Origin: an uncultured delta proteobacterium
Lineage (GTDB): Bacteria; Myxococcota_A; Polyangia; Polyangiales; JAFGIB01
Length of the DNA: 64,000 bases
Direction of reading: 5' to 3'
NCBI GenBank assembly: GCA_963778655.1
Contig: CAVZVA010000009.1
Location: 1,312,001-1,376,000 of the forward strand
Part shown: positions 31,453-40,296 of the stretch, in pieces
Layout: the number at the start of each line of letters is the position of its first letter
Numbering within the stretch: the first letter of the stretch is position 1
Notes under the pieces: generated by a model
What the model saw: the letters and a program-made list of their open reading frames with translations, nothing else
Database searches by the model: none
What the model was told of the DNA's origin: nothing
Translations under genes and position numbers: made by a program

Positions 31453-33429
31453 TCAGCGCACGCGCGAGAGCACCGCGAGATTGCGCTTGCGGTCGTGGCC
31501 GCGCTGCGCCAAGACGAAGTTGCCGCGCACCTCGCTCACCCCGAAACGGCCGGAGCGCAACAGCTTGTTCAGCTTGCGCCGCTCCTCGGGCAGCAGGCCG
31601 CGGATCTCGGACAGCAAATAGCGCGCGTTGTAGGCGCCGATGCGCAGCGTGTAGGCGTCGCGGCGGTTCGAGACGTGGGGGACGATGCGCTCGGAAGCGA
31701 CGATCGGCGCGTCGGCGGGCACCTCGGCGATCAACGCGCGCAGGTCGCGGTAGTCGGTGCGCTGCGCGGGGGTGGTGCCGAAGTCGAAGCGGTTGTAGCC
31801 GGCGCGCGCGGTGCCGTGTTGCAGAATGGCGCCGAATTGGTGCGAGCACAGCGTCATGGCGAGCGCCAGCGCGACCAGCGCGCCGCGCTGGCGGGCGTCC
31901 CTTCGCCCGTCGCGCTCGGGCGCCAGCGCCTGCAGGTTCGCGACCAGCGCCATGAAAAGGTAGGTGGTCCAGTGGGGCGTGTATTGAAACGAGATCTCGT
32001 GCAGCGGCTGGGCGCTGGTGACCAGCAGACAGAAGAAGGTGCCCGGAATGCTGCACAGCCAGCCGATCGGCCGGATCCAAGGCAGGAACGCCAGCGGCGC
32101 GGCGATCTCGAGCGCGTACACCAGCTTGGTGCGGCTGAGCAGGGTGCCGAGCGCGAAGCTCGGATTGGCCACCACGGTCTGCAGCACGGCGCCCAGCCCC
32201 TTGCCTCCGTACGGCAAAAGCCCCTGGTAGAGCTCGATGAAGCTGCCGGACTGCGCGCCGGCGGGCATGATTACCAGCTTGATCACCAGCGTGTAGACGG
32301 TGCCGAGCACGCACAGCAGCAGCCCGGCGAGCGGGCGCTCGCGCTCGGCGATCGCGAACGCGCCGATCATCGCGACGCCGACCGCGGCGTCCTCGCGCAC
32401 CAGCAGGCTCAAGATCACGAACAGCGCGGCCAGTCGATCGTGGCGCGCCTCGAACAGGTACAGGCTCGTCCACAGGAAGAACGGCGCCAGCATCAGGAAG
32501 TGGAAGTCGTACAGGTTCGGCCCGTGCACCGGCGGGTAGAGCAGGTACGCGCAGGCGACGCCGCACGCGATCCACGCGCCCACGCGGCGAGCGGCAAACA
32601 GGTACAGGGGCAGGGCGGCGAATCCGACCAGCACGGCTTGCAGCCAGAGCAGCGTCTCGGCGCGGGGCACGAGCGCGTAGATCGGGGTCAATACGAGCAC
32701 GATCAACGTGGCGTGCTGGCCGAGGTGCCGGGTGTGGGGGCCGCCGAAGGGCGAGGCCGGCAGCGCCGGGTCGAAGCCGTGGCTGGCGTTCCAGAACAGG
32801 TTGTCGAAGATGCCGAGGTCGAAGCTGTTGGTGCCGAGGTTGTGGTGGTTCTGCACCGTGACCGTGCCGAAGAAGAGCGCGTAGCCGGCGGCGGCTGCCA
32901 GCACCAGCGCGAGCGGGGCGCGTTGCGAGCTGCGCAGGCGCGCGGCCAGGGCGCGGACGCGCGAGGCCGCGCCGGGTGCCGGCGGCGCGCTCCGGGGCTC
33001 CAGCTCCAGCGCTAGCGTGAAGGCGCGGCGCGCGCCGACCGCGAGGATCGAAACCAGCACCAGGAAGGGCAGGGGATGCTCGTCCCAGGGCTGGACGTGG
33101 AACAAAGGGGGCAGGAAGGCCCACAGCGAGAGTGGGGCGCAGCGACGGCAGAGCGTGTGCAAGGCGGCCGCGGGCTGGCCGCGGCGCCGCCCGAGCAGCC
33201 ACCCGACCAGCGGCAGTGCGAGCGCGCCCGCGCACAGGCAAGGCAGGGCCGCGCCGAACGCGATGCCTTCGCGCGCGTTGTGCGCGGCGTAGGCGGAGAG
33301 CGCGCTGCCCTGGGCCAGCTCCCACGAGCCCAGGCCCAACGAGGCGCCCTCGAGCGCGAGCCACGCCGTCGAGAGCAACAGCTGGGCAAGCGCGGAGTCG
33401 CGGGCGTCGGGACCGGGATGCGGGCGCAT
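31453..33429 (-). CDS. DUF2079-like polytopic membrane protein (putative GT-C fold)
   Basis: FDLGIFDNLFWN, HLGQH, ETLLWLQ, YDFH, VRED, FQY motifs; many TM helices. Confidence 0.82.
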   Translation of the reverse strand: MRPHPGPDARDSALAQLLLSTAWLALEGASLGLGSWELAQGSALSAYAAHNAREGIAFGAALPCLCAGALALPLVGWLLGRRRGQPAAALHTLCRRCAPLSLWAFLPPLFHVQPWDEHPLPFLVLVSILAVGARRAFTLALELEPRSAPPAPGAASRVRALAARLRSSQRAPLALVLAAAAGYALFFGTVTVQNHHNLGTNSFDLGIFDNLFWNASHGFDPALPASPFGGPHTRHLGQHATLIVLVLTPIYALVPRAETLLWLQAVLVGFAALPLYLFAARRVGAWIACGVACAYLLYPPVHGPNLYDFHFLMLAPFFLWTSLYLFEARHDRLAALFVILSLLVREDAAVGVAMIGAFAIAERERPLAGLLLCVLGTVYTLVIKLVIMPAGAQSGSFIELYQGLLPYGGKGLGAVLQTVVANPSFALGTLLSRTKLVYALEIAAPLAFLPWIRPIGWLCSIPGTFFCLLVTSAQPLHEISFQYTPHWTTYLFMALVANLQALAPERDGRRDARQRGALVALALAMTLCSHQFGAILQHGTARAGYNRFDFGTTPAQRTDYRDLRALIAEVPADAPIVASERIVPHVSNRRDAYTLRIGAYNARYLLSEIRGLLPEERRKLNKLLRSGRFGVSEVRGNFVLAQRGHDRKRNLAVLSRVR

Positions 33430-33512
33430 GGCTGGAGCTCTGCAGGCGGCTCAACCCCGGCCGAGACTACACCATGGCAGGAGCGCGGGCTTGCGTGTAA
33501 GCTGCGCCAGCG

Positions 33513-34376
33513 GTGGCGAGCCGATCTCGATTCACGCGGTTGTGTCTGGCCTGCGTGCTCGCGTCGCTGGCGCTGTGCGCCTGCGAAAAGCGGGGCGCGG
33601 CCGAGGCGCGCAAGAAGATCCGCCTGGAGCACGCCCCGCGGGTGGCCGCAATCGTGCGCGACGATTTGCAGCGCCACCGGGCCGGGCTGCAGCACGCTGC
33701 CGACCGCGTCGCCGCCGGCTTCGTGAAGGTCAGCGGCGAGCAGCAAGAACGCGAGATGCGCCTGGTGCTCAAGCTGCTGCGCAGCCCCAAGAAGGGTGTG
33801 CAGGAGCTGGTGATCTCGCCGTTGAGCTTCATCGCGGCGGTCGACAAGAGCGGCGTGGTGATCGCCCGCGACAGCGAGCCCGACCACATGAAGGGGATGA
33901 ACCTCGCGAGCATGTTCCCCACGGTGAAGGACGCGCTGGCGGGCAAGGAGGGCTTCGCGATCGGCCAGTTCGCGAGCCTGGAGCCCGGCGGCAAGCCGTC
34001 GGTGACCATCATCATGGCGGCGCCCGCCCACTACCACGGCGAGGTGGTCGGCGCGCTCGCGCTCGGTATCCCGCTGTGGCGCTTGCAGCAGCGCCTGAGC
34101 AAGCAGCTGCAGATGGAGGAAGGCGGCAAGAAGCCCGGGCTCGTGATCTGGGTCTACCTCTACCGGGGCGACGAGGTGTTTTCGCACGGCACGCCGCGCG
34201 ACCTCGACCAGATCGTGCCCGACGCCAAGACCCGCAGCCAGGGGCTCGCACGCAGCCCGGGCGGCTTCACGGGGGAGGTCGCGCAGTACGGCTACTGGTA
34301 TGGCTACGGGGTCAGACCCCTGCGCCTGCTGGGGGACGGGATCGGCGTGGTCATCTTCCGCATGGACCCGCGCTAA
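33513..34376 (+). CDS. Lipoprotein with a Cache-like domain
   Basis: LCAC lipobox; FIAAVDKSGVVIARD...VKDALAG...MAAP...GEVVGAL. Confidence 0.75.
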   Translation: MASRSRFTRLCLACVLASLALCACEKRGAAEARKKIRLEHAPRVAAIVRDDLQRHRAGLQHAADRVAAGFVKVSGEQQEREMRLVLKLLRSPKKGVQELVISPLSFIAAVDKSGVVIARDSEPDHMKGMNLASMFPTVKDALAGKEGFAIGQFASLEPGGKPSVTIIMAAPAHYHGEVVGALALGIPLWRLQQRLSKQLQMEEGGKKPGLVIWVYLYRGDEVFSHGTPRDLDQIVPDAKTRSQGLARSPGGFTGEVAQYGYWYGYGVRPLRLLGDGIGVVIFRMDPR

Positions 34377-34386
34377 CAGGCGGTCG

Positions 34387-36027
34387 ATGCACCGCGCCTG
34401 GGTCAAGCTTCTGAGCTGTGGGCTCGTCGCCGTGGTGCTGGCGGTGGCCGGGTACCGCGCCTGGTCTAGCCACCCGGTGTTCTTCGACGACGCGTACATC
34501 ACCTACCGCTACGCGCAGAACCTGGTAGCCGGTCACGGCCCGGTCTACAACGTCGACGAGCGCGTCGAGGGCTACACCAACTTCTCGTGGATGCTGCTGG
34601 TGGCCGCCGGCATGCGCGCCGGTTGGGATCCGCTGAGCGTGAGCCGCGCTGCGGGGCTGTTCTGCCACATGGCGATGCTGGCGCTGATCGGCTGGCTGGG
34701 CACGGCCTGGCTGTTGCGACAGGGCTGGTCGCGCGCGTGGCTGCTGCCGCCTGTGTTCGTGCTGCTGGTGCGCCCGCAGGCGTTCGCCGCGATGGCCGGC
34801 TGTGGGCTGGAAACCCCGCTGGTGACGGCGCTGCTGGTGGCCAACGCCGCCTTGCTCGCGTGCGGCGATTTTTCGCGCTGGCCGGCGCGCGCCGCGCTTG
34901 CAGTCGGGCTCAGCCTGGCGGTGCTCACTCGCATGGACTCGCTGATCGCGGTGGGTGCCGCGGTGCTGGCGTTGGCCTGGACGCCGTTGCGCGCCCACCA
35001 GGGCGTGCGCGCGGCCGTGCGCTCCGCGCTGTGGCCCACGCTGCCGGTGCTGGGCGTGCTCGCGATCTGGACCGTCTGGCGGCTGGTCTACTACGGCGAC
35101 GTGCTGCCCAACACCTTCTACGCCAAGGCCGCGGCGGTCTCGCACACCGACGCGGGGCTGGCCTATTTCAAGGCCCTAAACGATAGCTATCCGGAGATGC
35201 TGCCGCTGCTCGTGCTGTGCGTGGCCGGGCTGGGCGTCAGCGACCCGAAGTTGCAGCGGATGGCGGTCTTCGCAAACATCACGCTGGCGATCGAGATCGC
35301 GTACACGGTGCGCGTCGGCGGCGACTTCATGGAGTACCGCTTCGCCTGGCAGCAGTACGGCCTGTTGGTGCTGGGGGCGCTGGTGGGCCTGTCGGCCGTC
35401 GCCACCAAAAGCTGGCTGTCCGGGATGGCGGTGGTGTGCGCGGCGCTTTCGGTCTCGGGCCAGACCGTGCGCTTCGAGCACGGCTTCGGTATGCAATCGC
35501 TCGATGAGATGGACGGCTACGCGCACACCGGGACGCAAGTCGGCAAGAAGCTGGGGCAGCTGCTTCCCCACGAGGTGATCGTGTCGACCACGCTGGCGGG
35601 CACGATCGCCTACTATTCGAAGCTCGAGGTCATCGACCAGTGGGGGCTCAACGACCACTTCGTGGCCCACGAACCGATGCGCGGCTTCATCCGCGGTCAC
35701 GTCAAGTTCGCGCCGCTGGGCTACCTGCGCTCGCGCGGGGTGAACCTCTACATCGAGCATCCGGTCACCTGCAGCTGCAGCTCGCCCTGCCGCGAGCGCA
35801 AGCCCAACGTGTTCGTGCGGCTGGGCGACGGGCGCTGCCTGCGGACGTGGTACTTGGTGCAGCGCGAGAAGCTGACCCACTATTTCTGCGATCACCCGGA
35901 GTCGTTCGTGCTCAGCCGGGTGCGCTGCCCCAAGCCGCCTCCGCCTCCGCGCGCGGCCGCGCCGGCCGCTCCGCCTGCACGCGCAGCGGCTCCTGCGCCG
36001 CCGCCTCAGCCGCGCGCGCGGCGCTGA
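34387..36027 (+). CDS. Polytopic membrane glycosyltransferase-like protein (AftB/GT-C-like)
   Basis: DDAYITYRYAQNL, ERVEGYTN, GLET, LTRMD, YYGDVLPNTFYAK, GGDFMEYRF, IDQWGLND. Confidence 0.85.
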   Translation: MHRAWVKLLSCGLVAVVLAVAGYRAWSSHPVFFDDAYITYRYAQNLVAGHGPVYNVDERVEGYTNFSWMLLVAAGMRAGWDPLSVSRAAGLFCHMAMLALIGWLGTAWLLRQGWSRAWLLPPVFVLLVRPQAFAAMAGCGLETPLVTALLVANAALLACGDFSRWPARAALAVGLSLAVLTRMDSLIAVGAAVLALAWTPLRAHQGVRAAVRSALWPTLPVLGVLAIWTVWRLVYYGDVLPNTFYAKAAAVSHTDAGLAYFKALNDSYPEMLPLLVLCVAGLGVSDPKLQRMAVFANITLAIEIAYTVRVGGDFMEYRFAWQQYGLLVLGALVGLSAVATKSWLSGMAVVCAALSVSGQTVRFEHGFGMQSLDEMDGYAHTGTQVGKKLGQLLPHEVIVSTTLAGTIAYYSKLEVIDQWGLNDHFVAHEPMRGFIRGHVKFAPLGYLRSRGVNLYIEHPVTCSCSSPCRERKPNVFVRLGDGRCLRTWYLVQREKLTHYFCDHPESFVLSRVRCPKPPPPPRAAAPAAPPARAAAPAPPPQPRARR

Positions 36028-36111
36028 GCGCCGAGCGCGGCGAGCCGTTGCGCCGGCATTCGAGGGGCGCCTGCCGATCACCTGGGGATCGCGCCGGCGC
36101 GGGGATTCGCG

Positions 36112-36843
36112 TCAGCCGCGCTTGGCGGCGTCCAGGCGCTCCAGGCTCTGGGTCGGGCTCAGCTCGAAGCGCCAGGGCCCTTTGCGGGTGGGCTCGGCGA
36201 CCGCCCGGCGCAGCGCGGTCAGAAAGCGCGCGCGCGGCCACTCCTGCGCGCCGAAGCGCGCCAGGTGATCCGTGTACACCTGACAATCGACGAAGTGAAA
36301 CCCCCACTGGCACAGGTTGCCGAGCATCGAGACGGTCGCCACCTTCGAGGCGTCGGGCGCCAGCGAGAACATCGATTCGCCGCAGAAGCTCGCTCCGAGC
36401 GCGACGCCATAGAGCCCGCCCGCGAGATCTCCTCTTCGCCAGGCCTCGATGCTGTGAGCCAACCCGAGCTTGTGCAGCGAGTGGAAACCATGGCGGATCT
36501 CATCGGTGATCCAGGTCCCGTCCTGGCCTGGACGCTCGACCGTCGCACAGCGCTCGAGCACCTGATCGAATGCGCTGTCGGTGCGGATCTCGTATTCGTC
36601 GCTGCGGACCCGCTTGCGCAGAGAGCGGCCCACGTGAACGCTGTCGAAGCTGATCACGAAGCGCGGGTCGGGGCAAAACCACAGCAGCGGCAGCCCGTCG
36701 TGGGGCCAGGGGAAGATCCCCTGCGAATAGGCCAGGACCAGCCGCTCTGGCAGGGTATCACCACCGACCGCGAGCAAGCCCTCTGGGGATGCGCCCTCCG
36801 GCGGGGGGAATGTGAGCTCCTTGGTCAGCATGTACACGGGCAC
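36112..36843 (-). CDS. aat: Leucyl/phenylalanyl-tRNA--protein transferase
   Basis: GLLAVGGD, AYSQGIFPW, WFCPDPR, TWIT, AHSIEAW, GGLYG, GESMFS, DASK, DCQ. Confidence 0.96.
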   Translation of the reverse strand: MPVYMLTKELTFPPPEGASPEGLLAVGGDTLPERLVLAYSQGIFPWPHDGLPLLWFCPDPRFVISFDSVHVGRSLRKRVRSDEYEIRTDSAFDQVLERCATVERPGQDGTWITDEIRHGFHSLHKLGLAHSIEAWRRGDLAGGLYGVALGASFCGESMFSLAPDASKVATVSMLGNLCQWGFHFVDCQVYTDHLARFGAQEWPRARFLTALRRAVAEPTRKGPWRFELSPTQSLERLDAAKRG

Positions 36844-37013
36844 AGTCGCACAGTGTAGCATCGCGAGGCAGCAGACTCGCGCATCCCGGCCGGCGCGCCC
36901 GCTCCCGCCACCGGCGGCGCGACCTTGCGCCGGGCGCGCCTCGTATCTGTCGCCGTGGCACGCACGTCTGCTACCGTAGGGACCGGGCCGTAAGCACACG
37001 GTCGAGAGGGGCC

Positions 37014-38732
37014 ATGGCGAGACACAGCGTGATGTGGTTGGCGGCGGCAGCCGCGCTCTGCGTCGGGTGTAGCCACTCCGACACCAACAATGCGGGCGAC
37101 GTGCTGGCGTCATCGCTCACCAGCGCGGTGACGTTCACTCACGGGGTGCTGCTGAACGATCCTCTGCCCGAGACCACGGACCCGCGAGCGACCTTGCTGC
37201 CGCTCGGGCCGACCGTGGTGATGCAGCCCTCCCAGGGCAGCCTGATGGCGATCGAGGTGGACGACCCCGACCAGCGCGAGGTCGCCGCCACGCTGATCCA
37301 GTTCGAGGGCGAGGGCTCGCACACGCGGGTGCCCGATGACCAGAGCTCGATGAGCCCGGGCGTGGTCGAGAACGACTTCATCGTGGCCAAGAACCTGTGC
37401 AAGGGGCTGTGCAACGCGATCTTCACCGTACACGTTCAGGAGAAGGTCGAGCTCGCGGACGGCAAGATCAGCGATGGCACGACACGCGACGTGGTGGTCG
37501 ATTGCCGCAAGAGCGGCGACCCGGCATCCTGCCCGCCCAAGGGGTCGAACGCGTCCGGCCGTGGAGTCCAGTCGCTGTGCGGCGACGTCACCATGGGCGA
37601 GATCGCGCTCAGCGGGGACCATCCGCTCGACGCATATCTGGACGCGGTGCGCCAGCTCAGCAAGGTCGCGGGCAGTGCCGATACGAAGATCAAGTCGGCG
37701 CTGTCGGCGATCGCGACCAATCTCAAGATCGACCCGCAGAGCAGCGCAGCGGACATCGCCAGCGCGCTGACCGCGCGCATCGATCAGGACACCGAGGGCG
37801 GCCTGACGTTGCTGCTGGGGCAGCCCGGCTGCGCGACCCGGCTGGAGCAGGTGTCGCTGGCGCTGCGCGTTTGCGATCCGACGCTGATGAGCCTGGGCGC
37901 GATGCAGTGCGAGGGCACCTGCGTGCCGACCTCGGACACCGCGGTCTGTGCGGGCGCGCCGAGCTCGGGCTGCCGGGGCGTGCTCGACGGCGCGCAGTGC
38001 GACGGCAGCTGCGTCGGGGCGTGCGAGAGCACGCTGGCGATGCCCGCTGTTTGCGACGGAACCTGCATCGGCAGCTGCGACGGGCCTTGCCCAGACGACG
38101 GTACGGGCGGCTGCGCTGGCCCGTGCACCGGCAACTGCACCGGCAAGTGCCGTACGGTCAACAGCGGCAGCTGCGATGGCGACTGCACCGGACTGTGCGA
38201 CGTGATGCAGATGGGCGAGCCGAGCTGCGACGCTCCGCTCGCAGGCTACTGCGACAGCGGCATGGACAGTGGCCTGGCCTGTCCCGGCGACTGCTTCGGC
38301 GGGGCGAGCGTGGACCAGGGGCTCGACGTGTGTCGGGTGAGCGCGCTGTCGCTGGCGGCGAGCTACCCGCGCTGCGAGGCGCCGCTGGTGCAGCTCAGCT
38401 TCGCCTTCAAGTCGGGCCTCGACTCCGCCGAGCAGGCCGACTTCGCGACCTTCGTGCGCCAGGTCAACGTTCCGCTGGTCAAGCTGTATGACGCGCTGGG
38501 GCGCATCGGGCTGCTCTCGGCCGAAGCGATGGCGCTCTCGAGCGAAGGGCAGGGCGCGATCGCCGACGAGCTCAGCACAAAGCTCGCAAGCGCGCCCGAG
38601 GACTCGGGCCTCGGCTGTGCCAACCGGCGTTTGCCCGAGACCAGCAGCTGGCTCGACGACGAGCAGACCTTGCTGATGAGCTCGCAAGCGGACGCGGTGC
38701 TGGTGCTGTCCGCCTTCACGGTCACGCACTGA
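37014..38732 (+). CDS. Cys-rich lipoprotein with CxGxC repeats
   Basis: CVGC lipobox; CDGSCVGAC, CDGTCIGSCDGPC, CAGPCTGNCTGKC, CDGDCTGLC, flanked by helical regions. Confidence 0.85.
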   Translation: MARHSVMWLAAAAALCVGCSHSDTNNAGDVLASSLTSAVTFTHGVLLNDPLPETTDPRATLLPLGPTVVMQPSQGSLMAIEVDDPDQREVAATLIQFEGEGSHTRVPDDQSSMSPGVVENDFIVAKNLCKGLCNAIFTVHVQEKVELADGKISDGTTRDVVVDCRKSGDPASCPPKGSNASGRGVQSLCGDVTMGEIALSGDHPLDAYLDAVRQLSKVAGSADTKIKSALSAIATNLKIDPQSSAADIASALTARIDQDTEGGLTLLLGQPGCATRLEQVSLALRVCDPTLMSLGAMQCEGTCVPTSDTAVCAGAPSSGCRGVLDGAQCDGSCVGACESTLAMPAVCDGTCIGSCDGPCPDDGTGGCAGPCTGNCTGKCRTVNSGSCDGDCTGLCDVMQMGEPSCDAPLAGYCDSGMDSGLACPGDCFGGASVDQGLDVCRVSALSLAASYPRCEAPLVQLSFAFKSGLDSAEQADFATFVRQVNVPLVKLYDALGRIGLLSAEAMALSSEGQGAIADELSTKLASAPEDSGLGCANRRLPETSSWLDDEQTLLMSSQADAVLVLSAFTVTH

Positions 38733-38750
38733 AGACGCACACCGAGCAGG

Positions 38751-38819
38751 ACATGGAAGGTGGGAAGCCGGGAAGGACAGCCCAACGACCTTCTCTTGCC
38801 GCCTTCCCGTCTGGCTGTG
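38751..38819. repeat. Dispersed intergenic repeat, imperfect inverted pair
   Basis: ACATGGAAGGTGGGAAGCCGGGAAG, then CTTCTCTTGCCGCCTTCCCGTCTGGCTGTG; between convergent genes. Confidence 0.65.
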
Positions 38820-38854
38820 GTTCCTGAAACCCGCTTGCTTCTGGATCGACGTGA

Positions 38855-39859
38855 CTACCCGCGGCTCGCGCGGCGGTACTCCAGCGGCGTCTGCCCGGTC
38901 CAGCGGCGGAAGGCGCGATGAAAGGCCTCCGGTCGCGAAAAGCCCACCAGAAAGGCGACCTCCGCGATGCCCAGCCGGCCCTGGCTGAGGTAGCTCAACG
39001 CCAGCGAGCGCCGCAGCTCCTCGAGCAGGGCGCCGAACGACGTCCCCTCGTGCGCGAGCCGCCGCGACAGCGTGCGCTGGCTCATGTGCAGCTGGCCGGC
39101 GATGGTGGCGGCGGTCAGGTGACCCTGGGCCAGCCGCTCGCTCACCAGGCGGCGCACGGTCTCGGTGAAGGTGTGGCCGCGGGGCAGCTCGGCCAGGGCG
39201 CGCTCGGCGTGCTTGCGCACCACCGCGTGCAGCCGCGGATCGGCCCCCACGATCGGCGCCTGAAGCGCGCTCGCCGCGAACACGAACGCGCTGTAGGGAG
39301 CGCAAAAGCGCAGGCGTGCTTCGCCGAACGTGCGCCGGTGCTCCGAGAGGTCGGCCGGCGCGGGGTAGGTGAGCCAGCACTCCACTTCCGAGGGTTCCAG
39401 CGGCAGCCGCCGCACGTGAATCGTGAACAGGCCGCTGAGCATGAAGTCCTCGGCGGCCCGGGGCTGCGCGACATGGCTCTGCAGGCGCACGATGGCGCGG
39501 CCCGACTCCAGCTCGGTCCGGATCACGAGCGCGTCGTTGAGCAAGCGGATGTAGCGGCCCGCGTTCTCGATCGCGTTCTGCACCGTGCCCGGTGACTGCA
39601 TGGCGTAGTCGACGACGCCGGCGTCTCCCAGAAACATCGCGCGGCCGGCCTTCAGACCGAGGCTCGGATCGCCGGAGAGCGACACGGCTGCCTGCAGCAA
39701 CACGTGTGCCTGGGCAATCAGGATGCGCTCGTCGGGGTCGCGGTCCTTGAGCTCGTCGACCACGGCCGCGACGGCTGCGTCGGTGCGCGGCACCAGCGGC
39801 AGGAAGGCCTGGGCCAGGCGCAAGGCGTAGCAGGGCTCGACGGTTCCGGCTTGGTTCAC
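38855..39859 (-). CDS. AraC-family transcriptional regulator (Arabinose_bd_2-type N-terminus)
   Basis: GDPSLGLKAG, LHMSQRTLSRRLAHEGTSF, EVAFLVGFSRPEAFHRAFRRWTGQTP; start uncertain (GTG 39859 or upstream). Confidence 0.92.
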   Translation of the reverse strand: MNQAGTVEPCYALRLAQAFLPLVPRTDAAVAAVVDELKDRDPDERILIAQAHVLLQAAVSLSGDPSLGLKAGRAMFLGDAGVVDYAMQSPGTVQNAIENAGRYIRLLNDALVIRTELESGRAIVRLQSHVAQPRAAEDFMLSGLFTIHVRRLPLEPSEVECWLTYPAPADLSEHRRTFGEARLRFCAPYSAFVFAASALQAPIVGADPRLHAVVRKHAERALAELPRGHTFTETVRRLVSERLAQGHLTAATIAGQLHMSQRTLSRRLAHEGTSFGALLEELRRSLALSYLSQGRLGIAEVAFLVGFSRPEAFHRAFRRWTGQTPLEYRRASRG

Positions 39860-40019
39860 GGCTGTTTCAGCGAGGCTTGCGGCGGGGGCGCCTCGCCAGG
39901 TCGCCGGCACCGCAGCGGGGGCGCGTCGTGCGCGCTTCGCGCGCACCGACCAACCAACCACGACACGTGACTATACCGATATAGGCTGCGCTCGACCACC
40001 AGCCGCGCACGCGTCATCG

Positions 40020-40225
40020 CCGCCGAAGTAGACCATCATCTCCGGGTGCGCCACGTTGAGCGCGGCGTAGGGCAGCAGCCGCGGGTAGAGCGCCTCGGCT
40101 GCGCGGCGGTCGCCTCGTGCTTCGGGACCAGCCGCTCGTTGTGCTGCACCAGGTACAGCAGCACGTCGAAGACTTTCGGACGCAGCTCCACCACGCGGCC
40201 CTGGTGCCGCAGCTGGTGGGGCGGG
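40020..40225 (-). pseudogene. Remnant of a winged-helix (CadC/OmpR-type) ATPase regulator with a large internal deletion
   Basis: HQLRHQGRVVELRPKVFDVLLYLVQHNERLVPKHE joined out of frame to GDRRAAEALYPRLLPYAALNVAHPEMMVYFG. Confidence 0.68.
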
Positions 40226-40245
40226 AAGCGCGGATGAAATTCGGG

Positions 40246-40285
40246 CTTTCCGCCTTCCTGTGAATCTTCTCTTGCCCGCTTCCCG
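40246..40285 (-). repeat. Dispersed intergenic repeat copy
   Basis: Reverse complement TCACAGGAAGGCGGAAAG (40246-40263); CTTCTCTTGCCCGCTTCCCG (40266-40285) nearly matches 38790-38809. Confidence 0.7.
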
Positions 40286-40296
40286 GACGAGCTCGG

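Noticed and set aside
36956..36972. TGGCACGCACGTCTGCT as a sigma-54 promoter for the 37014 lipoprotein
   Set aside because: Spacing is GG-N11-GC, and sigma-54 requires N10.
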